Source of the DNA: an uncultured Verrucomicrobiae bacterium
GTDB taxonomy: Bacteria; Verrucomicrobiota; Verrucomicrobiia; Palsa-1439
NCBI GenBank assembly: GCA_963812605.1
Contig: CAWEWF010000001.1
Coordinates: forward strand, 160,001-224,000
Reading direction: 5' to 3'
DNA length: 64,000 nt
Below are positions 30,248 through 39,834 of this stretch, piece by piece (positions within the stretch are counted from its first letter, which is position 1; each line of letters begins with the position of its first letter). Made by a program: the position numbers and the translations under genes. A model generated the notes under the pieces. The model was not told the origin of the DNA. It searched no databases and saw only the letters and a program-made list of their open reading frames with translations.

Positions 30248-31125
30248 TCAATCCACCCCCGCCGCCGCAAGAAATCGAACAACACCCATTCCAGTGGCGC
30301 CAGGGAATCCAGCGAGACAAACCGTCCCGCCCGCTGCTGGCACAGGGTGGTCAACTCGCGCTCGTACGACGCCCGGTACTCCTGGTAAATCGCCACGAGG
30401 TCCGCGATGCTCGAAACGTCCAGTGTGTCCGTTGTCTCCGCGTCCACAAACCGCACGTCCCCGGTCACGAGTGGGTCAATCTCGCTCGGTCCGAGGATCT
30501 GCAGGCCCAGCAACTCCAGTCCCGTCGCCCGTAACCGGTTGAATCCGCGCTTCAAATCGCCGAACGTCAGGAAATCCGACGTGATCACACAGACGCCGCG
30601 CCCGCGATGGAACTTCAACACCGACTCGATCGCCGCTTCCAACGGCGTATCGCCGCCACCTTCGATCGCTTCGAGAAAGGATAACACGCGCGCCATGCTG
30701 GCCCGTCCCGTGCAGGGGGGCAAGCGGCCCGCCCCACTCGACGGGAACACGCTAACCCGCTCGTGGTTGAGCAATCCCATCACGCCGAAGGCCGCCGCCA
30801 ATTGCTTCGCCCGTTCCAGCTTGCGCTCGAACAACATGGAGGCCGACGCGTCCACCAGCAGCACCACGTGTTGCTCCTCTTCACGGTGAAATTGCTTCAA
30901 ATACGGGCGTTGCAGCCGCGCAAAAATGTTCCAATCGACAAATCGCGTGTCGTCGCCCTCGACGTAGTCACGGTAATCGCAAAACTCCGTGCTCGTCCCA
31001 CCCTTGCCGGCGAGATGTTCCCCACGCGCGCGGGACGTAAATCGCCGACCTGAACGAATGCGCAGACGCTGCAGCCGATCGAGCACAGTGTTCGGGAACA
31101 ACGACGTTAGCTGCGCTCGTTCCAT
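30244..31125 (-). CDS. DUF58 protein
   Basis: EFCDYRDYVEGDDTRFVDWN, DASASM. Confidence 0.93.
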   Translation of the reverse strand: MERAQLTSLFPNTVLDRLQRLRIRSGRRFTSRARGEHLAGKGGTSTEFCDYRDYVEGDDTRFVDWNIFARLQRPYLKQFHREEEQHVVLLVDASASMLFERKLERAKQLAAAFGVMGLLNHERVSVFPSSGAGRLPPCTGRASMARVLSFLEAIEGGGDTPLEAAIESVLKFHRGRGVCVITSDFLTFGDLKRGFNRLRATGLELLGLQILGPSEIDPLVTGDVRFVDAETTDTLDVSSIADLVAIYQEYRASYERELTTLCQQRAGRFVSLDSLAPLEWVLFDFLRRRGWIE

Positions 31126-32123
31126 TACACGGTTTCCTTGATCTGTTCGAGAATCTCGCGGATCAAATCGCCGACCCTCACATTCTCCGCCTGCCCGTCG
31201 TAATTCAATAACACGCGGTGCCCGAGCACCTCCGGCAAGAAGTGTTGGATGTCAGCGAACGCCACGTGCGCACGGCCATCCGCCAGGGCCCGCACTCGCG
31301 CGGCGCGAATCAATGCTTGCGTCGCCCGCGGACTGGCGCCCCACTTCACATAACGGCGAACGCGCTCCGTCCCAAATTCCGAATCGGGATGCGTCGCCAA
31401 CACCACCCGCACGGCGTAATCGCAAATCGGATCGGCAACCACTACGCGATCGAGTACCCGGCGCAGCGAAAGAATCCGCTCGGCATTCACGATCTTCTGC
31501 AACTCGGTCCCCTGTTTGAGGATCGTCCGGCTGACGACGTTGTTGAGTTCATCCCGACTAAGGAACGGCACGTCCAACTTGAACATGAACCGGTCCAATT
31601 GCGCCTCCGGCAGTGGATACGTGCCCTCCTGTTCAATGGGGTTTTGCGTGGCCAGCACGAAGAACGGCGGTTGAAGTTGGTACGTGGTTCCGCCGGTGGT
31701 TACCGAACCTTCCTGCATCGTCTCCAGCAACGCCGATTGGGTCTTGGGCGTCGCGCGGTTGATCTCGTCGGCCAGCAGCAATTGCGTGAAGATCGGCCCC
31801 CGCCGAAACTCGAATCGATAGGCGCCATCCGGGCCGGTGGTCATGATGTTCGTGCCGATGATGTCGGCCGGCATCAGGTCCGGGGTGAATTGTATGCGGC
31901 GAAACTCCAGGTCCAGGACCCGACCGAGCGCTTTCACCAGTTCCGTTTTCCCCAGGCCGGGCACGCCTTCGAGCAGCACGTTCCCACCCGCCACCAACGC
32001 CGTGACCGTGCCCTCGACCACGCGCTGCTGGCCGACGATGATCTTGTGCACCTCTTGTCGGACGCGTTGGAAATCTTCCCGGAATTGGTTCGCTTCGTTC
32101 TGCAACATCTCTGTCTCACTCAT
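31125..32123 (-). CDS. moxR: MoxR family AAA+ ATPase
   Basis: GVPGLGKT, RIQFTPDLMPAD, ADEINR, ATQNPIEQEGTYPLPEAQLDRF. Confidence 0.95.
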   Translation of the reverse strand: MSETEMLQNEANQFREDFQRVRQEVHKIIVGQQRVVEGTVTALVAGGNVLLEGVPGLGKTELVKALGRVLDLEFRRIQFTPDLMPADIIGTNIMTTGPDGAYRFEFRRGPIFTQLLLADEINRATPKTQSALLETMQEGSVTTGGTTYQLQPPFFVLATQNPIEQEGTYPLPEAQLDRFMFKLDVPFLSRDELNNVVSRTILKQGTELQKIVNAERILSLRRVLDRVVVADPICDYAVRVVLATHPDSEFGTERVRRYVKWGASPRATQALIRAARVRALADGRAHVAFADIQHFLPEVLGHRVLLNYDGQAENVRVGDLIREILEQIKETV

Positions 32124-35080
32124 TGCGGTTCTCCTTTGGATCGGCTGTCTTCCTGTCGCTTTCGTTTACGCGCCAGTAATTGTTCGGTCGTCGATAGCGC
32201 CTCGGTTGATGGTTCCTGTATCGGCGCAGGGGCTGTCGGTTGCGGACGGTTTCCAGTCTCCATCGTCGGTGTGAGTGGGCGCTCTCTTCGCGGCGCGGCG
32301 GTCTGCAGGACTCGCTCCTTCCGCTTCAACAACGCGCTCAGGGTTTCCGTGGACTCATCCTTGCGGGCCGCCCCAAACCAGCCGCGAATCACGCCCCAGT
32401 CCAATTGGACGCGCCGCACACCCACGTCCAACGGCACGAGGCACGCCAAAGCCAGCAAGAGCCAGTCCACGATCGACTTAGAACTCTCCCGCGGCACGCG
32501 TGCGGTGCCAAACAGTTCCTTGCCGGTCTCGCTGCCCGTCAACACCCTCCCGCCCGTGCGGCTCGCGATTTTTTTCAGCAGAATCGGGTCGGACCGGAAC
32601 CTCAAGTATTCCGGCGAATACGCCACGACGAAACCGCCGACAACCTGTTCACTGCGTCCACCCCCTGTGCCTGCGGCAACCACCTGGTATTGTCCCTTTC
32701 CCCACAAGGGAAGCCGGGCCTGATAACGGCGTGGGCCAACCTGCTCCAGCCGCACCGTTTCCGACCGCTGGTGCGGTCCCATCACCTGGGCCTCCATTTC
32801 GAGAAGGGATTCATGTGGATCGTAATCTTCCACCTGAATCACGCCTTCACTACCGCTCGCGAACGTTTGGAGGTGAAGGTCGCTATGCTGCTCCACGCGT
32901 GAAATCTCCGTGATCAGTTGTTTCACGAACGCCTCGTACCGCGGCCACCGCACCCACTCGGCTCCCCAATTCGCGGACAAATCGGAAGTGAACGCCGCCG
33001 TTGTTCCCAATCCAAACCGCCATGTCGCCAGCACGGGATCGACATCCTCGGTATCCGGCCCTTTCAAGATCGTCGTGGCCCGTGCCTTCGGCGTCGTCAA
33101 CACATACCCGCGCAATTCGGGCAACGCTTCGATGCCCTTGAGGATCGGAGAGGGGAACTGGACGGTCGGCACGAACGTTTTGTTCTGAATCATGCTCCGC
33201 TTCAGCGTCTTGGCTTCCTTGATGAAAATTGAGGGTAACTGCTGGGGGTCATCAGGGCGATAGTACCGTCCGCCCGTCGCTCCAGCCAACGTCTGCAGGA
33301 TGGAAACATCCTGTCCCCCGTGAGGGTTGATTACGACCGTCGAAACGCTGATTTTTCCCGCAACGAACAAATCCACCAATGCCGGCGGCGGTGGCGAGGG
33401 GTCGCCGTCGCTAATGATGATCATGTGCTTCATGGCCGCGTCACTGTCCTGGAGCGCTTTCAAGCCCAATTGCATAATGCTCGCGAAACTCGGCATGTCC
33501 ATCGGCTCGCACTGGTTGATCAAGGTGACCAACTTTTCGTATTCACCGGCGGGCGTGAGTGGAAACACCCACCGATCCGTGCCGTCGTATATCAGCAATC
33601 CCACCTCGTCCTGGGCCCCCAACACGCGGATCGCTTCCTTCGCAATCCGCTTCGCCCAGACATTGCCCTCCGCGAACTCACAGGTATGCAGCACAATCAC
33701 CAGCGCGCCTTTCGGCAACACCTTCTTCTGCGAGATGTCCATCGTCACCGGTAGCGCCTCTTCCACCGCCGTACGATGATAGCCACCGGGGCCGAAGCCG
33801 TTCTTCCCGCCCACCATCAAGAACCCGATGCCCTGGTGGAAGACTGCGTCGCGGACCGCCTGCAACTGCTGGGCATCGAAACTGTCGGCAGGCGCGTTCA
33901 CGAAGATCACGCTGTCGAACGGCAGCAAGGTCAACGCGTCGCGCGGAAACTCGTAGGCGCTGCGCACCTCGACCACCCTCCGGGCGGCTTTCAGCGCCTT
34001 CGTCAAATCTTCCCAATCCCGCGGGTCGCCGCCGGGATCTGTTACCACCAGTACCTTTCCCTCGCCTTTGAGATAGAGGTAATTGATGGCCGTATTATTT
34101 TCCGTCCAGCCATCCAGGCCGGCTGCCGGTTCAATCGTTGCCACGTACTCGTAGTACCCCGGCTCGCGCAAATACAAGGGCAACGTATATCGGTTCTTGC
34201 CGGCGTCGTAGGCAACCTCCTGCTCGGCGATCACGTTGCCGTTCTCCCGCAGGACCAGTTTCCCCGAGCCACGCGCCAGCGACGACAACAACACACCAAC
34301 CTCGTACGTTTCCCCGATCTTCACCGTGCGCGGCAGTTCCAGCCGTTCCAACCACACCTCATTTGGATAGGCGTACTGAATCGGCAGCACGTCGACCCGG
34401 ATTCCCCGGGTCTGCAGTTCTCCCATCACCCGCTCCACATCGCCTTCGTTCTCAACTCCGTCGCTTACCAACACGATCTGCCCCTGGTTTTCCTGGGGAA
34501 TCACCGCCGCCGCCAACGACAGCGCCTTCGACAGGTCCGTCGCATCGTGGCCCACCCGCGAGTTAATGGTTTCGAACGGGAAACTCATCCGCGGCGGCAG
34601 TTCGACAGCGGCCTCGCGTCCGAACACAACCAATCCCGCTTCGTCCTTCTCCGGTTTTGCGCTGGCCGTCTTCAAAATGTAGCTCAGCGCCTGGTCGGAA
34701 ACCTTCTCGCCCATCGAATCGGACACATCGAGCGCGTAGACCAGCGATAACGTGTGGTTTTTCCGCACCGCGCGGGGTTCTGCCAGCGCCACCACCAGCA
34801 CACCCACCACGACCAGCCGCGTTATCAAAGATACAAGCGAACGGACGCGTCCCAGCCCGCTAAAACCCGCCACCGATAACCACCACACCCAGGGCGTGAC
34901 CGCCATCAGTCCAAACGCCTTCGGATTCGAGAATACTACCACCCGCCGCCATTCCAATACCGCGCATCCGCCGCCGAACACGATGAGAAATGCCGTTGGC
35001 GTCAGGATGTTCCACCACGACACCGCGCGCCGCGGCCGGGGAAATGCGCTGAGGAGAATCCGTCGCGCGATTCCCTTCAA
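32120..35080 (-). CDS. large membrane VWA + glutamine-amidotransferase-like protein
   Basis: DVSDSM MIDAS, GGKNGFGPGGY..EEALPV, second VWA-like IISDGD; TTG start overlaps upstream stop. Confidence 0.88.
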   Translation of the reverse strand: MKGIARRILLSAFPRPRRAVSWWNILTPTAFLIVFGGGCAVLEWRRVVVFSNPKAFGLMAVTPWVWWLSVAGFSGLGRVRSLVSLITRLVVVGVLVVALAEPRAVRKNHTLSLVYALDVSDSMGEKVSDQALSYILKTASAKPEKDEAGLVVFGREAAVELPPRMSFPFETINSRVGHDATDLSKALSLAAAVIPQENQGQIVLVSDGVENEGDVERVMGELQTRGIRVDVLPIQYAYPNEVWLERLELPRTVKIGETYEVGVLLSSLARGSGKLVLRENGNVIAEQEVAYDAGKNRYTLPLYLREPGYYEYVATIEPAAGLDGWTENNTAINYLYLKGEGKVLVVTDPGGDPRDWEDLTKALKAARRVVEVRSAYEFPRDALTLLPFDSVIFVNAPADSFDAQQLQAVRDAVFHQGIGFLMVGGKNGFGPGGYHRTAVEEALPVTMDISQKKVLPKGALVIVLHTCEFAEGNVWAKRIAKEAIRVLGAQDEVGLLIYDGTDRWVFPLTPAGEYEKLVTLINQCEPMDMPSFASIMQLGLKALQDSDAAMKHMIIISDGDPSPPPPALVDLFVAGKISVSTVVINPHGGQDVSILQTLAGATGGRYYRPDDPQQLPSIFIKEAKTLKRSMIQNKTFVPTVQFPSPILKGIEALPELRGYVLTTPKARATTILKGPDTEDVDPVLATWRFGLGTTAAFTSDLSANWGAEWVRWPRYEAFVKQLITEISRVEQHSDLHLQTFASGSEGVIQVEDYDPHESLLEMEAQVMGPHQRSETVRLEQVGPRRYQARLPLWGKGQYQVVAAGTGGGRSEQVVGGFVVAYSPEYLRFRSDPILLKKIASRTGGRVLTGSETGKELFGTARVPRESSKSIVDWLLLALACLVPLDVGVRRVQLDWGVIRGWFGAARKDESTETLSALLKRKERVLQTAAPRRERPLTPTMETGNRPQPTAPAPIQEPSTEALSTTEQLLARKRKRQEDSRSKGEPQ

Positions 35081-35724
35081 CCCCACCTCGTCTGGGTGGC
35101 CAGCCAGATACTGCATCGCCCGAGCACCACGCCAAAAATCAAGTGCGCCGTCAAGGTCGCCGCAATAAAGGCCGCGCCCACCTTGATCCCAAACGCTTGT
35201 GGGTAGGGCGTGAACAGCATGGCCAACTCCAACCCCACGGCAAACGCCGTCGCCCACCACCAGCGTCCACGGAAATCGCTCCCGACCATGGCCGCGAACA
35301 TCACGCCGAACGTGGCCCCATTGCTGAAATGATAAACCCAACCGACTACATGCGCCGCCAGCGTTGTGCTGGATATTCCCAGCAGCATGGCGCCGAACAT
35401 CGGAAAGACCTTGAACAACGGCAACGCCGGCACGAAGCCCGACAATCCCCACGCTTTCGAATAAACAAAGGGCAACCGGAACGCGTCATACGCCACCGTC
35501 GCCGCCAGGCCCGCCACCGCGCCGATGAGCGCCCCCCGCCAGTGTTGTCTGATCGCCAATACCAACAGCAGCGCGGTCGCCGGGCCAAACACACACACCG
35601 CAAATGCCCGCATGGAACACCAGCCATATAATTCGACCAACAAACACCAAATCGAAGTCGCCGCCAGTGCGAATGCCACCGCCCGTTCGCGCAACGTCCA
35701 GTCGTTTGCCCGGTTCGCGTTCAC
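35077..35724 (-). CDS. membrane hypothetical protein
   Basis: About six TM helices; GWVYHFSNGATFG, AHLIFG. Confidence 0.75.
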   Translation of the reverse strand: MNANRANDWTLRERAVAFALAATSIWCLLVELYGWCSMRAFAVCVFGPATALLLVLAIRQHWRGALIGAVAGLAATVAYDAFRLPFVYSKAWGLSGFVPALPLFKVFPMFGAMLLGISSTTLAAHVVGWVYHFSNGATFGVMFAAMVGSDFRGRWWWATAFAVGLELAMLFTPYPQAFGIKVGAAFIAATLTAHLIFGVVLGRCSIWLATQTRWG

Positions 35725-37496
35725 AGTTTCAATTCCACCAGCCGTCGGTTTCCGGTGTCCGCCACCCGCAAGCGCATTTGTGAATCGATTGCGATACCCC
35801 AGGGCGTCGCAAATTGCCCTTCGCCCGCGCCTGGCCCGCCGTAACGCCCCACCAGCTTTCCGTCGAGGCTCACTTTGGTCACGCGCGCCGCGCCGTATTC
35901 GATCACATAAAACATGTCATCGCTGCCCAACCGCAAATCGTAGGGGAAATGCAGTCCCAGATTGTCAAATGACTGCACAAACTTCCCGTCGTCGGTGAAC
36001 ACTTGTATGCGATTGTTGAACGCATCCGCCACATACACCTTGCCTGCGTGCCACACAATTCCCGAGGGCCGTTGAAATTGGCCCAACCGGGTGCCGAAGC
36101 CGCCAAACGACCCGAGGAATTCGCCTTCGCTTGTGAATTTCTGCACCCGGTCGTTCGACCCGTACTCCGCCACGTACAGGTTCTCGTGATCATCCTTCGT
36201 GATCGCCACCGGATAAATGAACTCACCGTGGCCTGTCCCTTCGCGCCCGAACATCTTGACCACACGGCCCTGGGCATCGAACATCACCACACGGTGGTAA
36301 TGCGTATCGCAGACCACAACCCTTCCGTCGTTGAGCACCACCACGCCTTCCGGTTTGCCGACTGCCGTCTCCGGCATCGTCCACTGCCGCCTCAGCGCGC
36401 CGTCCGCGCCGTACACCAGCACGCGACCTGCCGTGTCGAGCGCGAATACCTCGTCATCGCGTCCGATGGCCACGCTTCGTGGCGCGGGCAGCTTGGCGCC
36501 GTCCGATGGCACCACCCAGGCATGGAATTCACGGACAGGAATCACTGCCGTTTTGTCGCCGCAACCCCAACCCATCGTCATTGCCAGTGCCACCAACACC
36601 TTCAACATTACCCGCACACCTGCGGGTAAATGGTTCGTAGCCGGCCGATGCAAAAATTTTCGCCGCAACCCCGACGGCTCGTGACGCAACTCCACCTCCG
36701 CCACCGCGCCACGAAAACGGGAACTTTCCACCACGCACTCGCCGTTTTCGACCGCCGTTACCGTCACCTGTTCGGGGCGATAACAGCGTGCCACACTCTC
36801 CTCCCGTCCCAGCCACAGTCGCGCCTCTTCCGGTTGGAGCCAGTTCGTTTCCCCCAGGCATTCGGCCAACTCCGCGGTGACCGGGCGCCAGTACAATTCA
36901 TCGAGGTCGCCCGTGTACAACAGCCGGCCTTCCTTCAGGCAGATGACCCGACGCGCCTCGCCAAGCGCGCTCCCCGGCGAATGCGTTGCGAACACCAGCG
37001 ATGCGCCGGTTGCCGCCAGGCGCCGACGAATCACTTCCCAGTATTTTCCGACCCGCGCGGAGTCCACGTTCGCCAGCGGTTCATCCATCACCAAAACGGG
37101 GGCGTCAGCCGCCAGTGCTCGCGCTACGGCCAGCCGCGCGCGTTCGCCCAGCGAAAGTGTCTCGGGAAGGCAATCGGCCCGCGCTGCCAGATCGAAGTCC
37201 TCGAGCAACTCTGCTTTTCCGACAGCCTCCAAATGCTGCCGCGCAGTCAAATGCGGCCACAGCCCGCCATCCTGTGGCGCCCAGAATAATGGCAACGCGT
37301 GCTCGCCGCGCGTGAAGCACTCGGAGAGTTGCCCGCTATCCACCGGCTCGAAGCCCACAAGCAAATTCAACAGCGAAGTCTTGCCCGCACCGGATTGACC
37401 GAGGACGGCTGTCACGCCGGGCTCAATGGTCAATGTCACGTCGCGCAACCGCGTGCCCAACGACACGCGCCGCAGCTCCCAAAGCGCCTGATTCAT
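35721..37496 (-). CDS. ABC ATPase in frame with an NHL-repeat domain
   Basis: GQSGAGKT, LSLGE, MDEP; then hydrophobic MLKVLVALAMTMGWGC; NHL repeats (GEFIYPVAI, GQFQRPSGI, GQFATPWGI). Confidence 0.85.
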   Translation of the reverse strand: MNQALWELRRVSLGTRLRDVTLTIEPGVTAVLGQSGAGKTSLLNLLVGFEPVDSGQLSECFTRGEHALPLFWAPQDGGLWPHLTARQHLEAVGKAELLEDFDLAARADCLPETLSLGERARLAVARALAADAPVLVMDEPLANVDSARVGKYWEVIRRRLAATGASLVFATHSPGSALGEARRVICLKEGRLLYTGDLDELYWRPVTAELAECLGETNWLQPEEARLWLGREESVARCYRPEQVTVTAVENGECVVESSRFRGAVAEVELRHEPSGLRRKFLHRPATNHLPAGVRVMLKVLVALAMTMGWGCGDKTAVIPVREFHAWVVPSDGAKLPAPRSVAIGRDDEVFALDTAGRVLVYGADGALRRQWTMPETAVGKPEGVVVLNDGRVVVCDTHYHRVVMFDAQGRVVKMFGREGTGHGEFIYPVAITKDDHENLYVAEYGSNDRVQKFTSEGEFLGSFGGFGTRLGQFQRPSGIVWHAGKVYVADAFNNRIQVFTDDGKFVQSFDNLGLHFPYDLRLGSDDMFYVIEYGAARVTKVSLDGKLVGRYGGPGAGEGQFATPWGIAIDSQMRLRVADTGNRRLVELKL

Positions 37497-38797
37497 ACCC
37501 TCATCCACCATCGCCGCGCCATCACCACGGCTGCCGCCATGGCCAGCGGAGCGCCAAATGTCACACAGAGCATCGCCGACAACGTCGCGGTTTGCCCATA
37601 GTGCATCAGGTTGTACAACCGCACCGTTACCGGCGTCATCGAGATCGGCGCCAGGATCGATCCTGCCGTCAGGTCCCAGTAGGCCCACGCGAATAGCAAG
37701 AACGCCGACCAAAATTGACCACGGACTTTCAACCGCCACACCAACTCCCGCCGGGCCCGCGAGCCGCCCACGAGCCGGGCCAGATACAACGACGACCCGG
37801 GTCGCCAGGCCTCAACCAACAGTCGCAACACCACGGCGAATGGCAGCAGCACCAGCATCAACGCCAGAATGACCGGCACGGGGGTATCGCGTAACGCTCG
37901 TATCACGGGCAACTGTACCGCTGCCAGAATCACCAACGATAGAACCAACGAGCCAAACATCCCGGCAAGCGCCAGGGCCGCCGCCGGCCGGCGTCGTGCC
38001 AGTACGCACGCCACACTCGTCGCTGCCACTGCGAAGACCAAGCTCGCGCCGATCTCTTTGCCCAACGCGAAATTTTGCAGCACCGCTGCCAGTCCCTCCA
38101 TTGTCCCCCTCAGGACAATGGCCGCGGGCACAAAGAACACCACTACGAACGCGACAACCAGATGCAGCCAGCCCAACCAAACGTGCCTCACCCCGGTGCC
38201 CCGGTTGGCATGCGCTTCGACGCGCGGTCGGGCGCGCCAAAGCCACCAGACTACCCAACCAACAACCGCCGCCTCGCACAACGCCGGCAACATCGTCAAC
38301 CGCAATGATTCGCCCAGCGCCAGTCCACCGGCGTGGGCGTCAAAGAGCGCCACCGTCCACGAAGGTACATTCATCAGCGACGCCATCTCGAATTCTCCAA
38401 ACGCGAAGAGAAACACCAGGGCAAAGGCAGCCATCGGTGCGCGGGCGCAACCGGCCTTCCATTGAAAGACCCAATCCTCGCGGCCCCGCAACTGTCGCCG
38501 ACAATGAAGTGCCTCCGCGGAAATGGATTGGGGCGTGAATGCGAGCACAACCGCCGCCACCGGTGTAAGCTTCAGCCACAACAGCGCTGCATAAAGCGCC
38601 CCGTTGGCCGCGGGGTGTCGCACCAGCGACAGCGAAAAGCTCCCGTAGGCGTACCCAACGAGCAACGTCGGCGTCAGATAGGGCGCCAGCAACACCGCCC
38701 AGGCCATTCGTCGCGCCGCGAGAAGCGGGCGAATTGCGTAAGCTGAACCGATGGAAAGAAAGCCGATCACCACGCTCCGCATCAAGGCCGCCGTCAT
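37493..38797 (-). CDS. FbpB-like ABC importer permease
   Basis: FLFAFGEFE, VRLYNLMHYG; many TM helices. Confidence 0.75.
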   Translation of the reverse strand: MTAALMRSVVIGFLSIGSAYAIRPLLAARRMAWAVLLAPYLTPTLLVGYAYGSFSLSLVRHPAANGALYAALLWLKLTPVAAVVLAFTPQSISAEALHCRRQLRGREDWVFQWKAGCARAPMAAFALVFLFAFGEFEMASLMNVPSWTVALFDAHAGGLALGESLRLTMLPALCEAAVVGWVVWWLWRARPRVEAHANRGTGVRHVWLGWLHLVVAFVVVFFVPAAIVLRGTMEGLAAVLQNFALGKEIGASLVFAVAATSVACVLARRRPAAALALAGMFGSLVLSLVILAAVQLPVIRALRDTPVPVILALMLVLLPFAVVLRLLVEAWRPGSSLYLARLVGGSRARRELVWRLKVRGQFWSAFLLFAWAYWDLTAGSILAPISMTPVTVRLYNLMHYGQTATLSAMLCVTFGAPLAMAAAVVMARRWWMRV

Positions 38798-39834
38798 CAC
38801 CGGTACTCCGATTTCAACCAGGCGAGACATTCCTGCCGCGCGGCGCCCACCCGTGCCAGGGGATATCCCTCGGCAGCCCAGCGTTCCAACTGCCGAACAT
38901 CCTCGGGCAAAGCCGCTTCCTCCACGGCACCCAATGGTATCTGACGCGATTTCGCGTTCGCCAACGCCATCTCGCATTCGGCGGACAAAAGATAATCCGC
39001 CAGCTTCTTCGCCGATTCGAGCCGTCGAGTGCCGGCGATAATCGCCACGGTATTGGGAATGCAAATTGTCGCCCCTCCATCCAGGCGGGCCGGCACCATC
39101 GCCACGGGTTTGCCTTCGTCGTGTGCTTCGAAGTAATCGTCCGTGTCGGTCAACCCGAGGTCACATACGCCTTCGGCAACCAGATCCTTGACCATGGCGT
39201 TGCCCGCCACCTCGCGGACTCCTCGCGCGCGCCAATCACGATGCCACGCAACGAGTTTGTCCATTCCCCAGAGTTGCCACAACGCGGTGTACTGCGCGCG
39301 GGTCGTGCCGTACAGCGGCTTGGCGATGGCCACTCGAGAGAGATCGCCGCGCAAGGCCGTGTCAATTGCATCCGGTTGCGCCGCCAGTTTGCGGGTATTG
39401 ACGATCCACACGCGCAATCGCGCCGCGAAGCCAGCCCAACGGCCATCGGGATCGCGAAACCGGTCCGGGATACGGTTGAATCCCGGGCCTTTGTAGGGTT
39501 GCAGCAGCCCCTGTTCTGCCAATTCGAACGTCCCGAGAGGCTCATTGTTCCAAAACACGTCACACCGCGGATGTTCTTTCTCCTGCAGCAACAGTTCCAC
39601 CAGGCCGAGTGACTTTGTCGCCTCGGTGTCGTACCGAATCAGGATCGGGATACCAGCGCGCTGTTCGAACTCACGAAGTATCTTTTCGGAATAGATGGCG
39701 TCGTGCGCGCAATACACCACCAACGCTGATCGTGACGGCGCCCAGATCCAATATCCCACAGCCCCCGCCCCAATGAGCACGGCAGCGAAGAGAGCAGACT
39801 GCTTACGGCTTGGCTGTAGGGATGGGGTTCTCAC
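38797..39834 (-). CDS. Fe(III)/FbpA-like substrate-binding protein
   Basis: LVVYCAHD, CDVFWNNE, GLTDTDD, IPNTVAII; start uncertain. Confidence 0.85.
   Translation of the reverse strand: MRTPSLQPSRKQSALFAAVLIGAGAVGYWIWAPSRSALVVYCAHDAIYSEKILREFEQRAGIPILIRYDTEATKSLGLVELLLQEKEHPRCDVFWNNEPLGTFELAEQGLLQPYKGPGFNRIPDRFRDPDGRWAGFAARLRVWIVNTRKLAAQPDAIDTALRGDLSRVAIAKPLYGTTRAQYTALWQLWGMDKLVAWHRDWRARGVREVAGNAMVKDLVAEGVCDLGLTDTDDYFEAHDEGKPVAMVPARLDGGATICIPNTVAIIAGTRRLESAKKLADYLLSAECEMALANAKSRQIPLGAVEEAALPEDVRQLERWAAEGYPLARVGAARQECLAWLKSEYR

Noticed and set aside
31218-32723. 501-aa plus-strand ORF
   Set aside because: Antisense shadow of moxR
35081-35452. N-terminal extension of the 1110-aa VWA ORF
   Set aside because: Overlaps the upstream membrane gene; coupled TTG start at 35080 fits better
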